In this document: in pieces, positions 9,312 through 17,869 of the stretch
Position numbering within the stretch: position 1 is the stretch's first letter
How the letters are laid out: each line of letters begins with the position of its first letter
Assembly: GCA_021848325.1 (NCBI GenBank)
Contig: JAJZUU010000007.1
Location: 2,341-66,340, forward strand
Length of the DNA: 64,000 nt
Direction of reading: 5' to 3'
Source: Pseudomonadota bacterium
GTDB taxonomy: Bacteria; Pseudomonadota; Gammaproteobacteria; Burkholderiales; JAJZUU01
The notes under the pieces: model-generated
What the model was told of the DNA's origin: nothing
Database searches by the model: none
The model's input: only the letters and a program-made list of their open reading frames with translations
Position numbers and translations under genes: made by a program

Positions 9312-10385
9312 CTTCATACCCGTCAAGTACTGGAAGATGACCACCCTTCCGTTGAACATGTCCGCCACATAGATCCGGTTATGCGGATCAGTCCACGCAC
9401 CGGCGGGCAGATAAAATTCGCCGATCTTCTTGCCGGTGCCGCCGATGGGCATCAGGAACCTCCCGTCCCGGTTGAAGACCAGCAGGTAGTCGTGCATGGA
9501 CTCGACCACGTATACATTGTTATCGCTATCCACCGCGACGCCTTTTGGGCGCACCATGTTCCCCACGTACAGGCCGCGCTCGCCGAACTGCCGCAAAAAA
9601 CCGCCGTGCTCGTCCAGCACCTGAACCCTGGAATTGAGCGTGTCGGCGACATAGAGCTCGCCGTCCGCCAAGGCCAGGTGAGTGGGGAAATTGAATTCAC
9701 CCGGGCCCGTGCCGCGCCGGCCGATCACATCCAGCAGCTTGCCGGCGTCGTCGAACACCTTGATATCATGGGCATAGGTGTCCACCACGAACACCCGCCC
9801 CCGTTTCCCATCGCGGGCAAGCCCGGTGGGCCATTTCAGTATCCCCTTGCCGAAGCTGCCTACCGGATTGCCCGCCGAATCCAGCCGAATCACTTCCCCC
9901 AGCTTGGCATCCGCCACCAGGATCTGGCCGTTGGGGCCCGGGGCGATGCCCACGGGGGACTCGAAGCGCACGTTTTCCTTCGCCTGGTCCCACACATCCA
10001 GCTTCCCGGCAACGCCATCGAACACGAATACCGCGCGGCGGCTGGCGTCCGTAACAAGGATCCTGCCCTGCCCGTCCACCATGCCGGATACGGGGCGCTG
10101 CAGCACCACGGGCTCCCGGTTGCCGGCGGTGAGGCCCACCAGCCAGTACAGGAATTTCACGCCGGCGCTGCGCTGCTGCTCGTTCTCGTCGTGGAAGTTG
10201 TTCTCGCCGGTCAGTTCGCCCACATATGCGTAGCGGGGCGTCTCCGGCGGCTGGGGCCACACCTTCCTGACCTGGCCGGCGGAGCCATCCGGGTCGAGAC
10301 GCATCACGTAGTGCGTGTCGGCGCATCCGGAAAGCAGCAAGAAACATGCCACCAGCCAGCCCAATCGGAGATATCGATGGTTCAA
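9294..10385 (-). CDS. NHL-repeat beta-propeller lipoprotein
   Basis: Lipobox LLSGC; NHL repeats (RPVSGMVD, SPVGIA, WPTGLA, GTGPGEFNFPTHLA, VRPKGVAVD, FYLPAGAW). Confidence 0.88.
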   Translation of the reverse strand: MNHRYLRLGWLVACFLLLSGCADTHYVMRLDPDGSAGQVRKVWPQPPETPRYAYVGELTGENNFHDENEQQRSAGVKFLYWLVGLTAGNREPVVLQRPVSGMVDGQGRILVTDASRRAVFVFDGVAGKLDVWDQAKENVRFESPVGIAPGPNGQILVADAKLGEVIRLDSAGNPVGSFGKGILKWPTGLARDGKRGRVFVVDTYAHDIKVFDDAGKLLDVIGRRGTGPGEFNFPTHLALADGELYVADTLNSRVQVLDEHGGFLRQFGERGLYVGNMVRPKGVAVDSDNNVYVVESMHDYLLVFNRDGRFLMPIGGTGKKIGEFYLPAGAWTDPHNRIYVADMFNGRVVIFQYLTGMKHAQKN

Positions 10386-10386
10386 G

Positions 10387-11418
10387 CTACTTCTCCCCTT
10401 TTGTCGGCTGAGGCGTGATGAGCAGCATCCCGATGCGCCCGTTCAGGCTATCCGCGACATACAGCACGTTCGCATCGATCCACAAGCCCGCAATATGGTT
10501 GAAATGGGAGGGGCCCGCCCCGCTGCCGCCGTACTGGGCCAACAGCCGGCCATCCGGGGAAAAGACCTTTATGGTGTCGTCGTAGTTGTCGCCCACATAA
10601 ACCCGCCGGAAGCGATCCACGGCGATCGCGCCGGGATCCGTCAGGTCGTCTTCCCCCAGAACCCGGCAGGCGGCGCTGCGTCTCTGCTGCACCACGACCC
10701 GCTTGGCGATGCGATCCACCAGGTAGATCTCGTCGCGGGTGAGCGCCATGGCGGTCATGCTGTCCATCCCCACGGCCTTCGCGCCGCAAGGACGGATGAC
10801 GGAAACCGCCGCGCCCAGGGGATTGAACCCGACCACTTGATGGTACAGCCCATCGGCCACCAGCACCTCTCCCGTCGCCTCGTCCACGGCGAAGGCGGTG
10901 GGGCGTCCCAGGTTGGCATCGTCGCTGAACGTGTTTATCAGCATGCCGTTCCAATCGTAATGGGCGATCCGTCGCGCCGCCGGCTCCGACAGGTATACGG
11001 TCATGTCCGGCGCCGCATAGATCTCCCAGTCGGCGCCGGGGGCGAGCTGGGTGTAGGCGGTGAGCCGCCGGGTGGTTCGATCATAGCGGTAGATGCGCCT
11101 GGCGCCGGTATCCACCACATAGACGAAATTGCCCCGGGCGGCCACCGAGGTCGGCCGCACAAAGGTGACGTAGCGGGGGGACGTCTGGCCGAAATCGGAG
11201 GTGAGCAGCCCGCCGCTGATATCCCCCCACGACTCCAGCAGGGACGTTCCATCGGTGCCACGCCTGTCCGCGACGGCTCCGGCCGGGGCGGCGCACCCGG
11301 CCAGCACGCCGCACAGCGCCAGAAGCGCCCACAGGATGACCGGGGAACGGCGCCGGATCTGCCGTATCAGCCGGGTGCCCCCAACCGGCCGGGCAAAGAC
11401 TGGCGCTCCCTCGATCAT
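10387..11418 (-). CDS. NHL-repeat beta-propeller lipoprotein
   Basis: Lipobox VLAGC; repeats RPTSVAA, RPTAFAVD, DPGAIAVD, GAGPSHFNHIAGL; start near 11418/11421 behind AGGAG. Confidence 0.8.
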   Translation of the reverse strand: MIEGAPVFARPVGGTRLIRQIRRRSPVILWALLALCGVLAGCAAPAGAVADRRGTDGTSLLESWGDISGGLLTSDFGQTSPRYVTFVRPTSVAARGNFVYVVDTGARRIYRYDRTTRRLTAYTQLAPGADWEIYAAPDMTVYLSEPAARRIAHYDWNGMLINTFSDDANLGRPTAFAVDEATGEVLVADGLYHQVVGFNPLGAAVSVIRPCGAKAVGMDSMTAMALTRDEIYLVDRIAKRVVVQQRRSAACRVLGEDDLTDPGAIAVDRFRRVYVGDNYDDTIKVFSPDGRLLAQYGGSGAGPSHFNHIAGLWIDANVLYVADSLNGRIGMLLITPQPTKGEK

Positions 11419-11428
11419 CACTCCGCTC

Positions 11429-11833
11429 CTAGAAAATTCCGGGGCCCTGGCTCGTGCCACCGCTCATTATCCCGGTGCTCAAACCGGGCTTTCCGGAATG
11501 ACACAGGCCGCAATGTTCCACCGACCAGGCGATCTTGCCGTTGTGGCACGCCCCGCAAAACTTGCCGTTGATGATGTCCGCCATGTCCATGTCATCTGCG
11601 CCCGCCTGCAGCTTGAACCCGAGTTCGGTATGGCACACCTTGCAGCGGAAGCGCTCGCGGTGAAACCAGTGGGGGAAGATTACCGGCCGCATGCCGTTTT
11701 TTTGCGACCAGTTGTTGAGCACCACATCCCCGTATTCCGCCCGCACCGCGGCGCCCGGCAGCAGCGCCAACAATACCGCGAGCAGGGCCAGCCAGCGCTT
11801 GCCGCGGGCGGGTGGCCGGAGGGACGGTTTCAT
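11429..11833 (-). CDS. Periplasmic c7-type triheme cytochrome c
   Basis: Signal peptide; VIFPHWFH, CKVCH, CGACH, CGLCH; RBS AAGGAAAGG. Confidence 0.9.
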   Translation of the reverse strand: MKPSLRPPARGKRWLALLAVLLALLPGAAVRAEYGDVVLNNWSQKNGMRPVIFPHWFHRERFRCKVCHTELGFKLQAGADDMDMADIINGKFCGACHNGKIAWSVEHCGLCHSGKPGLSTGIMSGGTSQGPGIF

Positions 11834-11847
11834 GGCGCACCTTTCCT

Positions 11848-12411
11848 TCATTTTGGAATCACGCTGTGACAGCGGTTGCATTCGCTCAGGGGAAAGGCCA
11901 CGGTACCATGGCACTTGCCGCAATACTGGCCATTGAGAATGGCCAGCATGGTCAGCCCGGGGGTGGGGCCCTCCTTGAACATGGAGTCGTGGCAGGTGGT
12001 ACAGTCCAGCCAGGCCGTGTGGGGCCTGTGGGGAAACCGCACCCAGGGCGTACCGCCGGTATTTTTCATGATCGTGTCCTGGTCCAGCGTCCTGACCCGG
12101 GTCTGCGGCTGCAGTTTGCTGCGCGGATCGATGTACCCTTCGTTCAGCGCCTGGTCCCAGTTCACCTTGTTGCCGACGTAATCCTGGGGCAGCTTGGACA
12201 GGGAGTCGCCCGGTTCCTGCAACAATGAAATATCCGGATTGGCAGGGTCGTGCAAGCCGTCGCTGATGAGCGCCGCCCAGACGTTCTTTACCGGGGCCAC
12301 GACCGTCCCGCCCCACGCCACACCCGCGCCGATGACCGAAGCCGCGACCAGCAAGGCCGCCCATCTGCCGACACGGCGGTTCCGCAACAAACACACAATA
12401 TCGCTACCCAT
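11848..12411 (-). CDS. Periplasmic c7-type triheme cytochrome c
   Basis: Signal peptide; VRFPHRPH, CTTCH, CGKCH, CNRCH; start MGSDIV chosen over track start 12489. Confidence 0.88.
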   Translation of the reverse strand: MGSDIVCLLRNRRVGRWAALLVAASVIGAGVAWGGTVVAPVKNVWAALISDGLHDPANPDISLLQEPGDSLSKLPQDYVGNKVNWDQALNEGYIDPRSKLQPQTRVRTLDQDTIMKNTGGTPWVRFPHRPHTAWLDCTTCHDSMFKEGPTPGLTMLAILNGQYCGKCHGTVAFPLSECNRCHSVIPK

Positions 12412-12575
12412 CACTGCTTTTGTCTTCCGTCTAAAGATCATCTCTGCCAAGTGCGTCGCCTGGGCGGCCTGCGCACACCCCATACCCATCCCGATATCCC
12501 ATTTTATCGCCTAAACGGCCCGGCCGCCAAAGCCGTCCGCGATTTTGCGGTCCTCCGTCCGGCCGGGAACAAATT

Positions 12576-13325
12576 TTATCGATACACCTTCCACACGCGT
12601 TTCCGCGCGCGGATCATCTCTTCGATGATCTGGTCGGACTTGGGCCGGGTATGGCAGCGGGCACACTCGGTGGGCGGAAACGCCACCGAGCCGTGGCACA
12701 CGCCGCACTTCTGGCCACGCATGATTCCTTCCATGGTGATCCGGTTGGCGCCCTTCTGAGGGACGAAGATGCCGGCATGGCAATTGGCGCAGGCCAGCCA
12801 GCGGGTATGGGCCCCATGGGAGAAGATCACGTCCGGGGTACTCCCTTTCACCTTGAATTCGATATTGAGATCAAACACCGGGGGAGCCGTACCCGCCTTG
12901 TCCAATTCCCAGCGGGGCTTGATTTTGCCCTGGGCCAGCACCTTCATCCAGTCTACCCCATTCCCTGCCCGGTACGGGTCCTTCGGCCAAGGGGAGAATA
13001 CCTCCGACGGCCGTTGCAGCAGGTGCAACTGGTCGTCCGCCGGATCGTGGATGCCGTCCGTGGCGGGCGGCAAGTTGAGCGGCGGCGCCGGCTTCAACAG
13101 GCGATTCATCGGGACCGGGCCGCTGGGCGGGGGCACCTCCGGCGGCGCCATAAAGGCAGGTTTCCCCATCTCGCTGCCCGCCGCGCGCGCCACGGCATCA
13201 TCGGGACTGCGAGGCACGTACCTAACCGGGGGCTCCACGCTGCACCCCACTATCAGCGTCCCAAGGGCCACCGTCGCCAGCCCGCCGAGGAGTCCCAGCC
13301 GCTTAATGTCGACCAGCATATTCAT
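12576..13325 (-). CDS. c7-type triheme cytochrome c lipoprotein
   Basis: Lipobox LIVGC, Pro-rich linker, VIFSHGAH, CANCH, CGVCH, CARCH. Confidence 0.88.
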   Translation of the reverse strand: MNMLVDIKRLGLLGGLATVALGTLIVGCSVEPPVRYVPRSPDDAVARAAGSEMGKPAFMAPPEVPPPSGPVPMNRLLKPAPPLNLPPATDGIHDPADDQLHLLQRPSEVFSPWPKDPYRAGNGVDWMKVLAQGKIKPRWELDKAGTAPPVFDLNIEFKVKGSTPDVIFSHGAHTRWLACANCHAGIFVPQKGANRITMEGIMRGQKCGVCHGSVAFPPTECARCHTRPKSDQIIEEMIRARKRVWKVYR

Positions 13326-13409
13326 AGATCTTCTCAAGAACTCCAGTTCCCAAAATTTCCGGCCCCGGTCCGGTCGGCGCCTCCTCCGTCCGGATACCGT
13401 TGACGGCGC

Positions 13410-15464
13410 CTACATATCGCCGAAGTTCCTGATCGCGTTGAACATGATGGAGGTATGGGTCTGGTTGCCGAATTGGCCCACCCGCGCGATCAGTCCGAGT
13501 TGGGTGCGTCCGATGGAGTAATTCAGACGATTTTCCCAGGAACGGGTTTCGTACTCCTGCGGTCCGCTCAGGACGGGGAGCGCCACCTGTCCGTAGAGGG
13601 TGAGTTGAGACATGAACTGCAGGCGCGGCACACCGAAGGCGCGCTGGTGCCGGTAGGTCAAGTCCCCGCTGGAAGAGGTGGTGAACTGGCTAATAGGCTG
13701 GTCGATGGTGCTCTGACGCGAGGACTGGATAGTCAGGTCCCCGCTCAAGGAGGAGTAGCGATTGAGCAGGGTATTCACCGTCGCCTGAAAATTGATCATT
13801 TGCATGGCGTCCCGGCCGTCATTGAGGGAGCGCGAATCGGTTGCGCTCAAGCGCAGCAGGGTCGAGGTCTTGTCCGCCCCCTTGTTCCAGGTCAGGGACG
13901 CGGTATCGGACAGGCGCCGCGTGGAGGCCACGGCGGTATCCAGGTCGCTGGAAATGCTCTGGCTCAGGTTCATCGCCAACCTGGCGCCCGGGCCGGTCTC
14001 GATGCTGCGGCTCAGGCCGTGGCCCGCCGCCAGGGACAGGTGCCGCCCCGCGGCCAATCCGGTGCGGTTGCTGGCCGTACCCGAGCCGAACCAATAGTAC
14101 TGATACTTGCCGAAATTGAGCGTGTCGGACTGGTAAGTGGCGCCCAGTGACTGATTGGTGCTGGTCGAGGTAGTGCCGCCGCTGGCGGTTTGAGTCAGGT
14201 TGGCAGTGGCATTGAGGCTGACGTTCCTGTTCAGCCGATAGATCGCGCCGCCATTGAGGTTGGCGGAGCGCAAGCTGGTAGGCCCGGTGTCGAGGGCGTA
14301 CAGGCGCACCCCCCCGTTCACGGTCAGGGGGCTCCGTTCCGGGCGCCAGAAGGCGTAGCTGTTCAACTGCAGGAACCGGGTATTGGTGCCTGTGGTGGCG
14401 AGGTTGTAGCGATTGTCGTTGAGGGTGGCCTGGGAATCCACCGAAAACTCCTGGTTCGGCGTGTAGTTGTGGCGAACGTCCAGGGTATTGAGCAGCGCAG
14501 TCTCGCCGGTATCGAGACGCTCGTTCTTGTTGGTGGTACCGCTGACATCCACACTCTGTTTCCCGAAACGGGTCGACGCGCCAAACTGCAGCCCATTCTG
14601 CTGGTAGTCCCCGACGGTTCCGGATTCCCCGGTCTGACTGCTCTGGTCGAAGGCCAGCCGGTAGCGGGTATTCCCCTGCAGCGTCTGGTAGGTCTGACTG
14701 AAGCCGAGGCGCTTGTAGCGGTAGGCCGCCCCGATGGTCCCCGCCAAGCCCGTATCCATCCGGCTGTCCGTGACGTCGTAGTGCGCCTCGAAGGGAAAAC
14801 GGCTTTCCGGCAGCAGCGCCAGGCTGGCGTTTCCGGTGAGGTCGCGGGAACTGCCACCCTGTGTCCCGCTCGTCCAATCCTGGGAGATCCCGATCCCGCC
14901 GCTGACCAAGGCAAACCAGGGGCGCCAGATAAAGCTGCTGCCGTTGAGGGTGGCCGTAAGGAGCTGGTCCCGCGTTTTTTGCGTCCCGATGTCCTCGCTC
15001 CGAAAGGTGTAGCCCACTGAGCCCCAGGTGCGGATGGGAGAGAGGCGCCAGGGGACGAGGCCCTTGATCTTCTCGAAGAGGCCCTTGCTCTTCCCGGGAC
15101 CCGACCCCTCTTCCCCGGTCCCTGACCCCACGTCCCCATTACCCGGCGCCGGGGACTCGACACCTGCGCCGTTCGCGGCGGCGGGGTACGCCGGGCCGGG
15201 GATCCCACCCTCCCCCGGGGGCTGTTGCTCCGCCAAGGTATCCGTCAGGGTCAGATGCAGTGCGTCGCCGGTGGCCGGCTCCGGCTCGGGGGATGACTCA
15301 GACTGCTCGGTTCGCGCTTCCAGGTCCCGGGACAACGCAAGACGCAACGCGTCCCCGGTCACGGGAAACGCCGCCGGCAACGCGCAACGGGGCCAGGCGA
15401 ACGTCAGCCACGCAGCCATCAGGACATATGCCGAGCCCCCGCCTGTGGCGCGCCGTTCACCCAC
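13410..15464 (-). CDS. Predicted outer-membrane beta-barrel (porin/channel)
   Basis: 684 aa, signal-like N-terminus, Ser/Thr/Gln/Asn-rich alternating beta-strand pattern, aromatic residue near C-terminus (SIMFNAIRNFGDM), no heme motif; start uncertain. Confidence 0.7.
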   Translation of the reverse strand: MGERRATGGGSAYVLMAAWLTFAWPRCALPAAFPVTGDALRLALSRDLEARTEQSESSPEPEPATGDALHLTLTDTLAEQQPPGEGGIPGPAYPAAANGAGVESPAPGNGDVGSGTGEEGSGPGKSKGLFEKIKGLVPWRLSPIRTWGSVGYTFRSEDIGTQKTRDQLLTATLNGSSFIWRPWFALVSGGIGISQDWTSGTQGGSSRDLTGNASLALLPESRFPFEAHYDVTDSRMDTGLAGTIGAAYRYKRLGFSQTYQTLQGNTRYRLAFDQSSQTGESGTVGDYQQNGLQFGASTRFGKQSVDVSGTTNKNERLDTGETALLNTLDVRHNYTPNQEFSVDSQATLNDNRYNLATTGTNTRFLQLNSYAFWRPERSPLTVNGGVRLYALDTGPTSLRSANLNGGAIYRLNRNVSLNATANLTQTASGGTTSTSTNQSLGATYQSDTLNFGKYQYYWFGSGTASNRTGLAAGRHLSLAAGHGLSRSIETGPGARLAMNLSQSISSDLDTAVASTRRLSDTASLTWNKGADKTSTLLRLSATDSRSLNDGRDAMQMINFQATVNTLLNRYSSLSGDLTIQSSRQSTIDQPISQFTTSSSGDLTYRHQRAFGVPRLQFMSQLTLYGQVALPVLSGPQEYETRSWENRLNYSIGRTQLGLIARVGQFGNQTHTSIMFNAIRNFGDM

Positions 15465-15493
15465 GCCACCCCTCGCGCCCCTGCCTCGCCCCG

Positions 15494-16522
15494 CTATTTG
15501 GCATCCGTGTCATGCCCTCCTCCGGCAAGCGGTCGATAGAACGAGGTGTCCATCAGGATCGGCGTCTGCTTCCTCAATTTGGCGATCAGGCCCTTCCAGG
15601 CCAGGTCGCTTTGCTCCCTGCGCCACAGGTCGCGCGCCCGTTTCCGGCTCTCAGCAAAGCTGTCCAACCGCGCGGGCCGGCGCTGTTCCAGGCGGAAAAT
15701 CGCCACCCCTTCCAGCAGGCCCACGGGAGGCGAAATCTCGCCCGGCTTGAGTTTGGCGATGGCGCTCTCGGCCAGTCTGCCCAGCATGCCCTGGTGCAGG
15801 TAGCCCATGTCGCCGCCCTGGGCGGCGGTGGAGTCCCCGGAATGGGCCTTCGCCTCGGCGGCGAAATCCGCGCCCTTGCGCAGGCGCTTGATGATCTCCT
15901 CCGCCTCTTTGGTGGCCTTCTCCCGGGCCGAGTTGGGGGCCGAGGGGTCGACCTTGAGCAGGATCAGCGACACCCTCACCTGCTCGGGTTCCGTGAACAG
16001 TTTGGGGTGGCTGAGATAATAGGCTTTCAACTGCTTTTCGCTCGGTTCCGGGACGTTTCGCACCTGCCGCTCGACCTGCTCCAGCAAGCTCTTCTTCTCC
16101 ATGTCCGCGGTGAGTTCCGGAAGAAAGCGAGCCCGGTTCTGGCGCCACTTCTCGTTGCCGGCGTAGCGCTTGTCAAACGCCGCCACGTCCTTCTTGACCT
16201 GGGTCTCGTCCGGCTTCAGCCCGCGCCTCTTGGCCTCCTGCAGCAGGAGCGCATTGTTTACCAGTTGCTCCCCCACCTTCCGCTGCAGGGCCGCCAGCTT
16301 GTCCGCGCCCGGATTGGGGTGATAGAAGGTGTTGCGGACCGCCACCAGAAAGGCGTCGTCGTAATTCTTCCGGGTGATGACGGTATCGCCGACCCGCGCG
16401 AAAATCGCCTCCTTGCCCGCCGGCGGCTCCGCGGTGGCGGCGAAACCCTGCCCCGCCAGCAAGATGCCGCCCAGGACGGCCCAGCAAACCCGCTTGGCAG
16501 CGCCACTCATTGCCCCGGTCAT
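15494..16522 (-). CDS. PpiC/SurA-type peptidyl-prolyl isomerase (periplasmic foldase)
   Basis: EQVRVSLILLK, GADFAAEAKAHSGDS..QGGDMG, LKPGEISPPV parvulin motifs; GGAG RBS before ATG 16522. Confidence 0.88.
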   Translation of the reverse strand: MTGAMSGAAKRVCWAVLGGILLAGQGFAATAEPPAGKEAIFARVGDTVITRKNYDDAFLVAVRNTFYHPNPGADKLAALQRKVGEQLVNNALLLQEAKRRGLKPDETQVKKDVAAFDKRYAGNEKWRQNRARFLPELTADMEKKSLLEQVERQVRNVPEPSEKQLKAYYLSHPKLFTEPEQVRVSLILLKVDPSAPNSAREKATKEAEEIIKRLRKGADFAAEAKAHSGDSTAAQGGDMGYLHQGMLGRLAESAIAKLKPGEISPPVGLLEGVAIFRLEQRRPARLDSFAESRKRARDLWRREQSDLAWKGLIAKLRKQTPILMDTSFYRPLAGGGHDTDAK

Positions 16523-16708
16523 TTTCACTCCATTCCATCCACTGTTGTTCGAGATCCTTCGCATCAGGCGTCCATACTAGCCGGATGCATCCGAATCGGC
16601 AACACGACGACGGGCCAGGCGCGTGCTCCGCCTGGCCCGTCGTCCGCCTGGGCGCCGCGGCTCGGCGGCCTGAAACCCGCCCGCCGCGCGCCGCTCACCC
16701 CGCCGCGC

Positions 16709-17587
16709 TTACTTGATGTGGCAAGACAGGCACAAGGCACTGCCCGTATTGGCCACGCGCAGGAAGGTGGTATTGGTGGAGTGTGGATCGTGGCAGCTCG
16801 CGCATTCCACGAACGGCTCGACCGTGCCGGTGGTGGTGTTGGTACGGGTATACAGACTGATGTCCGTCTTCTCCCGCGTTGCGGCCGTTCCCACGCTGGT
16901 ATCCACCCACCACACCTGCTGTCCGTTAACGGTGCCCACGTTCAGAGCCCCATTCGCGGCATACGTCTTGCCATGGAAGTCGCCCGGCAGATTGATGTCC
17001 CCGCCCGCCGCGAGACCGCCGCCGTACTCGATACCCACCGGGTGGTCGTTCCGCAGGTCGACGCCGATGTTGGTGATGATGCCGGAGGCAAGCGTGCCGG
17101 TTGCGGTGTTCACGTCCGCTCCGGTCATGGTGCCGAAGGTCGCGCCGGCCGGGTTATAGCCGCCCGAGCCGGGGGCGTTGATCATCACGTTCAGCGCCAT
17201 GGTGCCGTCGTGGCAGGACAGACAGGCCAGGGACACCGACCCCACCGGGAGCACCGTTCCCTTCAGGGTGCTGGTGCCCAGCTTGTCGTAGGTGGTGTAG
17301 GTGGTCGGGTTGTTCGTGACCTTGTTCCACAGCGGCGCCTGGGCCGATATGTTGGCCCCGTGGGGCGTATGGCAGAACACGCAGATCTCGGTGGTGGTCA
17401 CCGCGCCGGCAGGGTCGAGATGCGCAGCTCCGGTGCCGGTGACGCTCAGGTTGTGCTTGGTGTCTGCAATCGACAGCGCCAGCGCGCTCGGGGAGAAGGC
17501 GCCCGCGACCAGCAACGCGGCCCCTCCCGCCATCAACGCTCCGCCGACCGCCCGCGTAATCGCTTTCTTGGTGAATGGTGTTTTCAT
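16709..17587 (-). CDS. Secreted tetraheme cytochrome c, OmcE-like
   Basis: Signal peptide ending ALA; TKHNLS, EICVFCHTPH, PLWN, SLACLSCHDG, DLRNDHPV, ECASCHDPH, FLR..NTGSALCLSCHIK; strong RBS AGGAAGGA. Confidence 0.9.
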   Translation of the reverse strand: MKTPFTKKAITRAVGGALMAGGAALLVAGAFSPSALALSIADTKHNLSVTGTGAAHLDPAGAVTTTEICVFCHTPHGANISAQAPLWNKVTNNPTTYTTYDKLGTSTLKGTVLPVGSVSLACLSCHDGTMALNVMINAPGSGGYNPAGATFGTMTGADVNTATGTLASGIITNIGVDLRNDHPVGIEYGGGLAAGGDINLPGDFHGKTYAANGALNVGTVNGQQVWWVDTSVGTAATREKTDISLYTRTNTTTGTVEPFVECASCHDPHSTNTTFLRVANTGSALCLSCHIK

Positions 17588-17721
17588 GGCTATCCTTCCT
17601 TTCTCTTGTAGGCCCTTCAGTAGAATCAAGCTGCAAGTCCGAACCATCCTTGCTTGCGTCCCGGACGCATCGGTGTTCGATGATGCCCCCCGAATGCCCG
17701 CTTACTTCCCACCTTACCCTA

Positions 17722-17737
17722 AGCACATAGCGTGCCA
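17722..17737 (-). promoter_or_regulatory. Sigma-54 (-24/-12) promoter for the tetraheme gene
   Basis: Minus strand TGGCACGCTATGTGCT; GG and GC at canonical spacing; 135 nt upstream of ATG. Confidence 0.72.
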
Positions 17738-17798
17738 GAGGTACAATCTACTGGTGTTTCAACTGCCTTGCCGCCCTTTCCGGGTTCTTGCGGGAGGA

Positions 17799-17818
17799 AA
17801 TTCCCGTAAATGGGAAAA
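17799..17818. promoter_or_regulatory. Palindromic operator, candidate enhancer site
   Basis: Minus strand TTTTCCCATTTACGGGAATT, 17/20 identical to 1667-1686; extra half-site TTTCCCAT at 17832-17839. Confidence 0.6.
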
Positions 17819-17869
17819 CATGCCCGTGGAATTTCCCATATTATAGAATATTTCTACCCTCTTGTCTTT

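Noticed and set aside
17760-17800. GEMM-I (c-di-GMP/cGAMP) riboswitch-like string GCAAGAACCCGGAAAGGGCGGCAAGGC before the tetraheme gene
   Set aside because: Stem too short, no second conserved hairpin, and it lies upstream of the sigma-54 promoter so would not be in that transcript; an Infernal search would settle it
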